Shown here: positions 54,130-61,629 of the stretch, one piece after another
Layout of the letters: every line of letters begins with the position of its first letter
Numbering within the stretch: the stretch's first letter is position 1
Source: an uncultured virus (IMG/VR IMGVR_UViG_3300025316_000017)
Lineage: Duplodnaviria; Heunggongvirae; Uroviricota; Caudoviricetes
IMG/VR virus record: IMGVR_UViG_3300025316_000017
Reading direction: 5' to 3' (one strand)
DNA: 64,000 nucleotides
Translations under genes and position numbers: made by a program
The notes under the pieces: model-generated
Seen by the model: the letters and a program-made list of their open reading frames with translations, nothing else
Database searches by the model: none
Told to the model about the DNA's origin: nothing

Positions 54130-54557
54130 TGGCAATCGTTCAGACTCAAACAACGCTATTTAAAGCCAATATTTTGTCTGGTTTGGAAAACTTCACTTCG
54201 ACTTCTCCATATACCTACAAAATTGCTTTGTATAACGGTAATGCAAACCTTGATAATACAACTACAGCTTATACAAATACGAACGAAATTACTGGAGCTG
54301 GCTATACTGCTGGCGGTCAAATTTTAACTATATCAAATCCACCAACCCAAGATACGATTAATAACATAGCTTATATTTCGTTTAACAACGTAACATGGTC
54401 TGGGGGTATTTCCGCAAATGGAGCGCTAGTTTATAATAGCACCACAGGAGCGGCTTGTTTTATATTGAATTTTGGTAGCACGATTACCAGCTCAAGCACG
54501 TTTACCGTTACGTTCCCAACGGCAACATCAACAACAGCAGTACTGACAATTAGTTAA
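54129..54557 (+). CDS. Tail-module structural protein
   Basis: YKIALY...TTAYT..NE..G.GYTAGG..L. Confidence 0.6.
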   Translation: MAIVQTQTTLFKANILSGLENFTSTSPYTYKIALYNGNANLDNTTTAYTNTNEITGAGYTAGGQILTISNPPTQDTINNIAYISFNNVTWSGGISANGALVYNSTTGAACFILNFGSTITSSSTFTVTFPTATSTTAVLTIS

Positions 54558-54567
54558 GGAGTTTTAC

Positions 54568-55194
54568 ATGGAAAAAGCAAAATTTGGAGACATCAGTACC
54601 GCTGCGGTAATTCGTAATGCTGCGTCTGATAACTCCGTTGGTTTCGAGGGCTACTACGATGTTGTTTGCTACGATGCAAATGGCAATATTAAATGGGAAG
54701 ACAGAGCGCCTAACTTGGTGACTGCTGTTGGAAAAAATGCTTTATTTGATTATTATTTTGGCTCAACTGGTACTGGTGGCGGCACTTCTTCTGGCGCTAA
54801 CTATCTTGGATTAGTAGGAAGCGCATCTGCTACTGCTAACTATTTTCCATCAGATACAATGACATCTCATGCTGGTTGGCAAGAAGTTGGAGGTTCAAAT
54901 GCTCCTGCATATACAGGTAACCGTCAATCACCAAACTGGACAGCCGCTTCTAACAATGGATCTGCTGCTGGCAACAACATTAGCTCAAAAGCTGCATCGG
55001 CTTTGACATTTACATTTACTAGCGGTGGAACTGTATTTGGTTGCTTCATTAACTCTGGTGCAAGCGCATCAGCTACTAAGGATACTGGTACTACTGGTGT
55101 TTTATATAGCGGCGGTAGCTTTACTGGAGGCAGCAAAATTGTAGCAAGTGGTGACTCTTTAGCAGTTACATATACAACTACCGCAACGTCTTAA
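54568..55194 (+). CDS. Tail-module structural protein
   Basis: KWED..PNLVT..G; GD.L.VTY. Confidence 0.6.
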   Translation: MEKAKFGDISTAAVIRNAASDNSVGFEGYYDVVCYDANGNIKWEDRAPNLVTAVGKNALFDYYFGSTGTGGGTSSGANYLGLVGSASATANYFPSDTMTSHAGWQEVGGSNAPAYTGNRQSPNWTAASNNGSAAGNNISSKAASALTFTFTSGGTVFGCFINSGASASATKDTGTTGVLYSGGSFTGGSKIVASGDSLAVTYTTTATS

Positions 55195-55208
55195 TTTAGG
55201 AGCCAATT

Positions 55209-56813
55209 ATGGCTTTAGTATTAGCTGATAGAGTACAGGAAACAACAACCAGTACAGGAACTGCCTCGGTTTTATTATCTGGGGCAGTTAATGGTTATCA
55301 AACATTTACTGCTGGTGTTGGTAATGGCAATACTTGCTATTACACCATTTATGACAATACATCCTTTGCATGGGAAGTAGGCATTGGCACGTACACAACA
55401 TCACCTAATACTTTAACCCGTAATACGATTTTATCTTCAAGCAATAGCGGTTCAGCAATTAATCTTGCTGGCAATACTGCGGCGGTCTGGGTAGATTATC
55501 CATCAGGAAAATCTGTTTATAAAGATGCAAACGGAAATGTATCAGCAAACAGTTTTATTCCCGGATGGACTTCAAATACAACTGCATCGGCTACAACAAC
55601 TTTAACCGTAATAAGCTCATATTACCAAAGATTTGTTGGTACATTAACGCAAACCGTTATTCTTCCTGATGCCACTACAGTATCTTTAAGTCAAGGATTT
55701 ATTATTGATAATGATTCAACGGGCAACGTAACGTTATTAGCAAGCGGTGGTGGTGCTTTGGGAGCGGTTGTACCGGGCATGGCAGCATTTATTTTTTGCG
55801 AAAACAATAGCACAGCGGCTGGTAGCTGGTCTGGTTATATGTTTGTGCCGGGCGCAGGACCGAGTGGAGCTGTAACTTGGGGTACGTCTGGTTTAAATAT
55901 GGGCGGAGGAACTCTTAGTGGGGCTACATGGGCTGGCAGTACTGTTTCCATGACTTATGGCGGTACTGGAGCTTCTTTGTTGCCTACTGCTGGAGCATCA
56001 GTATATTCAACGGGTACAAACCTAGCCCTTACCGCCGCTGGTACATCTGGTCAAGTATTGGTATCAGGTGGATCGGGATCTCCAACATGGAATACTACAT
56101 TAACTAGCATTTCTTTAGTAACTCCAGCGCTTGGTACTCCATCCTCTGGTGTGTTAACTAATACCACTGGATATCCAGCAAGTACATTATCGGGATCAAC
56201 GTTAGCTTCTAACGTAATTGCATCTAGTTTAACTTCAGTAGGAACACTTTCTACTTTAGCGGTAACAGCAATTATTTCTGGTTCAATTACAGGCAGTGCA
56301 GCTAGTGTCGCTGGTGGTTATGTATCTTCTAATGTAGCTGGAACAGGTGTTTCTGTATCTGGTGCTACAGGAGCTGTAACAATTAGTATTGGTCAAGCAG
56401 TAGGAACTTCAGCGAATGTCCAATTTGGTTCTTTTGGTGTTGGCACTGCCGCATCAGGAACAACTGGCGAAATTCGAGCAACTAATAACGTTACCGCATA
56501 CTACTCATCAGACCGAAATTTAAAAGAAAATATCAAACCTATTGATGCTGCATTACAAAAAGTAGAATACATTGGTGGTAAAACATTTAGTTGGACACAG
56601 GACTATATTACTGCTCACGGCGGGGAAGATGAGTATTTCTTGCAAAAAAATGATTTTGGTGTAATAGCTCAAGATGTTCAATCAGTATTTCCAATGGCTG
56701 TTAAAACCCGTACAGATGGTACTTTGGCAGTAGATTATGCAAAATTAGTAGCACTGGCATTTCAAGCTATTGCAGAATTAAAGGCGGAAGTAGACGCACT
56801 AAAGGGTAAATGA
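55209..56813 (+). CDS. Tail fibre with C-terminal peptidase S74 chaperone domain
   Basis: MALVLADRVQET...WEVGIGTY; SSDRNLKENI...GVIAQDV...VDY.KL. Confidence 0.8.
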   Translation: MALVLADRVQETTTSTGTASVLLSGAVNGYQTFTAGVGNGNTCYYTIYDNTSFAWEVGIGTYTTSPNTLTRNTILSSSNSGSAINLAGNTAAVWVDYPSGKSVYKDANGNVSANSFIPGWTSNTTASATTTLTVISSYYQRFVGTLTQTVILPDATTVSLSQGFIIDNDSTGNVTLLASGGGALGAVVPGMAAFIFCENNSTAAGSWSGYMFVPGAGPSGAVTWGTSGLNMGGGTLSGATWAGSTVSMTYGGTGASLLPTAGASVYSTGTNLALTAAGTSGQVLVSGGSGSPTWNTTLTSISLVTPALGTPSSGVLTNTTGYPASTLSGSTLASNVIASSLTSVGTLSTLAVTAIISGSITGSAASVAGGYVSSNVAGTGVSVSGATGAVTISIGQAVGTSANVQFGSFGVGTAASGTTGEIRATNNVTAYYSSDRNLKENIKPIDAALQKVEYIGGKTFSWTQDYITAHGGEDEYFLQKNDFGVIAQDVQSVFPMAVKTRTDGTLAVDYAKLVALAFQAIAELKAEVDALKGK

Positions 56814-57487
56814 TGTTTGGTTTAAACCCATTTGCCGCCGCTCCGTTTAATGCTTTTGTTTCCAATATCTATGGTAAAAGCATTACAGAAGCTATTTCTT
56901 CGGATGCAGACAGTGAATCGGTAATTGCCACATTTAATAGCGCTATTACTGAAGCTATAGCCAATTTTGTTGATTCCACAATTGTACAACCAATATATGC
57001 TGTACAAATAACTGAACCAATTAATAGTTTTGCAGACTCTTACCCAACGCCAATACAAACATTTGCAGTTGTTGTAAATGAACAAATTACAACAGAGTCG
57101 GATACAGAAACAAGCGTTCTTGTATTTGTTGTAAGTATTAATGAAAATATTAGCGCTGATGCAGATATAGAATCTGTTATTGCAAATTTTAATACAGTTA
57201 TTACTGAAAACTTTACTGCCGCAGATGCACCAACTGCCATTAAAATTTTTAACACTGTTATTACTGAAAACATTACCGCAGCAGAAAAAGAAACTGTAGT
57301 AGCTGCATTTATTAGCGCAGTAACAGAAAACTTTAGCCCAGCAGATGCTCCATCAGTTATTGCTACATTTAGATCAGCTATTAGCGAAAATACAACACTT
57401 TCAGATGGAAAAACTACTATTTCTGATTGGATTAAAATTATTGATTCGCAAACACCAAATTGGGTTGTAATTAACAACTCACAATAA
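56810..57487 (+). CDS. Repeat-rich tail-module protein
   Basis: MFG..PFA..PF start; about nine 20-22 aa repeats. Confidence 0.65.
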   Translation: MMFGLNPFAAAPFNAFVSNIYGKSITEAISSDADSESVIATFNSAITEAIANFVDSTIVQPIYAVQITEPINSFADSYPTPIQTFAVVVNEQITTESDTETSVLVFVVSINENISADADIESVIANFNTVITENFTAADAPTAIKIFNTVITENITAAEKETVVAAFISAVTENFSPADAPSVIATFRSAISENTTLSDGKTTISDWIKIIDSQTPNWVVINNSQ

Positions 57488-57495
57488 GGATTAAC

Positions 57496-58236
57496 ATGAC
57501 AACGACATATTCACCATCGCTTAAATTAGCCCTTATTGGTACTGGAGATCAGTCTGGTACATGGGGTCAAACAACCAATACCAATTTGGGTACTTTGCTT
57601 GAACAAGCGATTACTGGCGTTACTGCTATTTCACTATCTGGTATAAGCTCTTATACGCTAACAAACTACAATGGCACGTCTGATGATGCCCGTAATGCTG
57701 TTCTTATTTTTAGCGGAACCCCAAGCGCTAACCCAACCATTACAGCTCCAGCACAAAATAAAGTATATGTGGTAGTTAATAACACCACAGCACCACTAAC
57801 AATGGTCGCTTCTGGTGGCGTTACTTCATTGGTTATCCCAGCGCTATCAACTGGTCAAGCATATTGCGATGCATCAAATGTTAGCGGGAATGGTATTGGG
57901 TTTTATTCTGCTCAAACTACTGCTGCTGGAAATTGGAATGTAGGCGGAAATTTAGCGGTTACAGGAACAAGCTCATTTACTGGTTCAGCAATTATGAGTA
58001 CCTTAACAGCTACAGCAATTAGCTCTACGTTTTATGGCGCTGGCACAGGCTTGACAGGAACCGCCGCAAGCCTTACAGTGGGCGTATCTCAAAGTATAGC
58101 CAATGCTGGTGGTTGGAATATAACTCCAAATGGCAATAAGTTATACTTTAATTATAATGGAACCAATGTAGCTTCATTGGATTCTTCTGGTAACTTTATT
58201 ACGCTTGGCAATAATGTTGCTGGCGGCACACCTTAA
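57496..58236 (+). CDS. Tail fibre-type protein
   Basis: GDQSGTWGQTTNTNL..LLEQAITG. Confidence 0.65.
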   Translation: MTTTYSPSLKLALIGTGDQSGTWGQTTNTNLGTLLEQAITGVTAISLSGISSYTLTNYNGTSDDARNAVLIFSGTPSANPTITAPAQNKVYVVVNNTTAPLTMVASGGVTSLVIPALSTGQAYCDASNVSGNGIGFYSAQTTAAGNWNVGGNLAVTGTSSFTGSAIMSTLTATAISSTFYGAGTGLTGTAASLTVGVSQSIANAGGWNITPNGNKLYFNYNGTNVASLDSSGNFITLGNNVAGGTP

Positions 58237-58252
58237 TTTTAGGAGTTAATTT

Positions 58253-58705
58253 ATGTCAACATCAATCGGCAGTGCAGGGATAACATTCCCTGATGCTACT
58301 ACACAAGCTAGTGCTGGTTTAGCAGCTGGTGGCACTATTGCTACTGGTACAGTAACTACTTTAACAACTACCACTATTTCAGACGGCACTAATAGCACTT
58401 CTTCTACTAACTGTATTAGGGGTTCTGCAAAAGCTTGGGTAAACTTTGCGGCATCTAACCCTTGTACTATTTATGCTTCATATAATGTTAGTTCAGTTAC
58501 TTATGTTTCTACAGGACAATATACAGTTAATTTTACTAATGCTTTTGTAGATGCAAATTATTCTATTTCTATGGGTTTAAGAACTGCTGGTGTTAGCACT
58601 TATTATACTGGTCAAGCACTTGACGGAAGTCAAACAACAACTTCTAGTCGCATTATGATTTTTGGAACAGACGCATCAGGTATGTATGCTTCTTATTTTA
58701 GATAA
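58253..58705 (+). CDS. Tail fibre-tip-type protein
   Basis: AKAWVNF...YNVSSV....G.Y.VNF. Confidence 0.6.
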   Translation: MSTSIGSAGITFPDATTQASAGLAAGGTIATGTVTTLTTTTISDGTNSTSSTNCIRGSAKAWVNFAASNPCTIYASYNVSSVTYVSTGQYTVNFTNAFVDANYSISMGLRTAGVSTYYTGQALDGSQTTTSSRIMIFGTDASGMYASYFR

Positions 58706-58720
58706 TTAAAGGAAATAAAA

Positions 58721-59044
58721 ATGACACAATGTATCGTATTTGCAAATGACGCTGGTGGCGTTTCTGTAACAATCCCTTCTGGCGAAATTTCAATCGAAGC
58801 TGTATTAGCTAAAGACTGTCCTGCTGGCGCAATTATTGTTGATGATTCTATTCTTCCACAAGGCGCAGATGCTCAATTCTTTGATGCTTGGGAACTTGCA
58901 GATGGCAAGGTAGTAGTTAATGAAGCTAAAAAACAAGCCATTATTGATGCACAACAAGCACCAATTTTAGCTAAACAATCAGCACTAGCTAAACTAGCCG
59001 CATTAGGTTTAACCCAAGATGAAGTAACAGCATTAATAGGATAA
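58721..59044 (+). CDS. Tail fibre assembly-type protein
   Basis: KDCP.G...LP.....FFDAW; ALAKLAALGLT. Confidence 0.55.
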   Translation: MTQCIVFANDAGGVSVTIPSGEISIEAVLAKDCPAGAIIVDDSILPQGADAQFFDAWELADGKVVVNEAKKQAIIDAQQAPILAKQSALAKLAALGLTQDEVTALIG

Positions 59045-59054
59045 ATATCAAAAA

Positions 59055-59699
59055 GTGGAAATATTCAATCCAGTCTATCTTTTTGCTGCACCCGTTTATT
59101 TAATAGAAAAACCAGAATACTTAACTGCTGCTCGGCAAGTATCCAAAAGATTTATTGAAAAACGAAAAGAAGAAGTTGAGTTAAATCCAGCTTTTCCAGT
59201 GTATATGACGGAAAGCATTTACATTGACCCTGAAATATCAGGTCTTGCCAAGTTTATATCCCAAACAGCGTGGAGCATTCTAAGCGCCCAAGGATATGCA
59301 ATGGACTATTTGCAAACTTACTATACCGAAATGTGGTGTCAGGAACACCATAGCGGTTCATTTGTAGAACGTCATATTCATAATAACGGCGCTATTTTAA
59401 GTGGTTTTTATTTTATGGATTGCCCAAAAGACTCCTGTAAAGTCATCGTATTTGATCCAAGAGATTCTAAAGTGATAACTAGCCTTCCAGAAAGAGATCC
59501 CAATATTGCCAGCCATGCCAGCAATTTGGTTAGTTTTGATCCCAAAGAAGGTCAATTAATGTTTACTAATTCTTGGCTACCCCATTCTTTTACCAAAAAC
59601 CTTTCTAAAGGTCCTATGCGCTTTATTCACTTTAATATTGCCGTTGCGCCCTTTCAGCAAACCAATTCAATATGCCGACCCAGCGTAGAGGTGGTATGA
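59055..59699 (+). CDS. Putative 2OG-Fe(II) oxygenase
   Basis: HIH...LSGFYF...DPR...SWLPH...FN. Confidence 0.75.
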   Translation: MEIFNPVYLFAAPVYLIEKPEYLTAARQVSKRFIEKRKEEVELNPAFPVYMTESIYIDPEISGLAKFISQTAWSILSAQGYAMDYLQTYYTEMWCQEHHSGSFVERHIHNNGAILSGFYFMDCPKDSCKVIVFDPRDSKVITSLPERDPNIASHASNLVSFDPKEGQLMFTNSWLPHSFTKNLSKGPMRFIHFNIAVAPFQQTNSICRPSVEVV

Positions 59700-59929
59700 A
59701 CAAATACCGCATCCGTTTTAATAAAAGTAGGGGTACGAACGGAAGGGGAACGTTCGACCATGTTTGGCGGGTATTTGAAGGAAATAAAGAATATTTGGTC
59801 AAAAACTTTCGTTTAAACGTTCCATCTTTTGCCGAAAAAGAGGATAATAGCGAAGACTGGAATGTTTGCTGTTACGGTAACTTGACATTAGATCGAGTAA
59901 CGTCAACAGCCATTATTAATGGAGACTAA
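59696..59929 (+). CDS. Conserved hypothetical protein
   Basis: RFNKSRG..GRGT.DHVWRVFE. Confidence 0.6.
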   Translation: MNKYRIRFNKSRGTNGRGTFDHVWRVFEGNKEYLVKNFRLNVPSFAEKEDNSEDWNVCCYGNLTLDRVTSTAIINGD

Positions 59930-59931
59930 TT

Positions 59932-60120
59932 ATGAATTTCACATTTACGTGGATTATGGACAAACTTGGCTATATGCCAAAGATTGACATGGAAATTGGT
60001 AAGGTTGTTGAACCTTGGTCTTTTCCTGCGCCCGCAGCAAAAAAGAAGCCTACTGTTCAAAAAGCTACCACTCGCATTAAAAAACCTGCCGTCAAAAAAC
60101 CTAAGGCTAAAAAGGCATGA
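59932..60120 (+). CDS. Small Lys/Pro-rich protein
   Basis: GGAG SD; histone-like tail. Confidence 0.5.
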   Translation: MNFTFTWIMDKLGYMPKIDMEIGKVVEPWSFPAPAAKKKPTVQKATTRIKKPAVKKPKAKKA

Positions 60121-60121
60121 T

Positions 60122-60409
60122 ATGGCAGAACAAAATGAAAAGGCAGTCTTTGTTGAAAAGATAGCCTTTGCTTTAATTCCTATTTTTGTACTTTCAATTG
60201 GTTGGTTAGTAAACCAAGTCAATGGCTTTGATGAGCGCATCATTAAATTAGAAAGTCAAACCCATCAGCTTTTTTTACCTGACGGCAGGATTCGTTCATC
60301 GGATGAATCACGAGATGCTCGATATGCATTGCAGGAACATATTGCGGAAAAATTTGCAGATGTTAATGTTCGTTTAAAACTACTTGAAGAACGAGCAAAG
60401 GCTAAATAA
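60122..60409 (+). CDS. Single-TM protein (lysis region)
   Basis: TM helix plus coiled coil. Confidence 0.5.
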   Translation: MAEQNEKAVFVEKIAFALIPIFVLSIGWLVNQVNGFDERIIKLESQTHQLFLPDGRIRSSDESRDARYALQEHIAEKFADVNVRLKLLEERAKAK

Positions 60410-60630
60410 TGAATTGGTTAATACATTTAGTAACAGGAAAAGATAATGAAACCCATGATGTAGCTCGTTGGTCTTGGGTAACTACAACTGTAGCCACGAT
60501 TATTGGCGCTGGTTGGAATGCTATGCATGGCGGAGCCATGAATCTAATGGATTTTGCTCAAGCCATTGGAATTATCTCTGGCGCACATGGAGCAGCAGTT
60601 ATGATGAAAAAAGACACGGAGCCACAGTAA
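60409..60630 (+). CDS. Putative holin
   Basis: 73 aa, two hydrophobic segments, upstream of endolysin. Confidence 0.5.
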   Translation: MNWLIHLVTGKDNETHDVARWSWVTTTVATIIGAGWNAMHGGAMNLMDFAQAIGIISGAHGAAVMMKKDTEPQ

Positions 60631-61037
60631 TGTTATATGGAAACTACGTCAAAATTATATTACTTATTGGTCTTGTATGCGGCATCTTTTTCGCTGGCTG
60701 GCATACTAGGGATCGGGATTTTACTATTTACAAAGATCAAGTCCGTATTGAAGCTGAAAAAGCTCAAGCGCACACGGAGTCAATCCAAAAGCAACAGGAA
60801 ATAACTACTAAAGGAATCCAAAATGAATATGATGCGAAGCTTGCTCTTTTGCGCCAGTATTATGCTAACGGGGTGCGGAACAACAATGGTAGCAACCCAA
60901 TGTCCAGCATTTCCACAACCTCCAAGCTCTCTGATGCAATCGCCGCCTACAATCAACTTGCTTCAGACTGCGCAGCCACAACCCTCCAAGTAGTAACGCT
61001 TCAGCAATGGATTAACGAACAAATAGCAATTAAATGA
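60630..61037 (+). CDS. Putative Rz-like spanin
   Basis: N-terminal TM, coiled coil, C-terminal C.....LQQW. Confidence 0.55.
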   Translation: MLYGNYVKIILLIGLVCGIFFAGWHTRDRDFTIYKDQVRIEAEKAQAHTESIQKQQEITTKGIQNEYDAKLALLRQYYANGVRNNNGSNPMSSISTTSKLSDAIAAYNQLASDCAATTLQVVTLQQWINEQIAIK

Positions 61038-61624
61038 AACCAGAACAATTAACACAACTTGGTATTGATGCAACAAAATGGTATACCTTATTAATTGATA
61101 TGTTTGCTAGGTATAACATTAATACAATTCAGCGCCAAGCTTCTTTTATAGGACAGTGCCAACATGAGTCAAACAACTTCAGAACTTTGGAAGAGAACCT
61201 TCATTACTCTGCCGATGGACTTATGCGTACATGGTCCTCAAGATTTCCTAGTAGAGATGTGGCTGAACAATTTGCACAAAATCCAGAAAAAATCGCTAAC
61301 AAAGTTTATGCAGGACGCATGGGCAATACCCAAGATGGCGATGGCTGGGCATATCATGGGAGAGGGCTTATCCAACTTACTGGACGAGACGATTACAAAA
61401 ACTGTGGAGCAGCCTTGGGCATGGATTTAATTAATCACCCAGAGCTCTTGGTGCAACCCAATGGTGCATCTTTGTCGGCGGGCTGGTTTTGGAACAAACA
61501 TGGTTTAAACGACTTGGCTGATGCCCGTGATTATGAGACAATGACCAAGCGAATCAATGGTGGAACATTGGGTCTGGACGATCGTATTGCCAAAATTAAC
61601 AAAGCCTTGGAAATATTAGGGTAA
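61034..61624 (+). CDS. Endolysin, glycoside hydrolase family 19
   Basis: HES...EENL...GRGLIQLTGR...INGG..GL.DR. Confidence 0.9.
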   Translation: MKPEQLTQLGIDATKWYTLLIDMFARYNINTIQRQASFIGQCQHESNNFRTLEENLHYSADGLMRTWSSRFPSRDVAEQFAQNPEKIANKVYAGRMGNTQDGDGWAYHGRGLIQLTGRDDYKNCGAALGMDLINHPELLVQPNGASLSAGWFWNKHGLNDLADARDYETMTKRINGGTLGLDDRIAKINKALEILG

Positions 61625-61629
61625 ACCCC

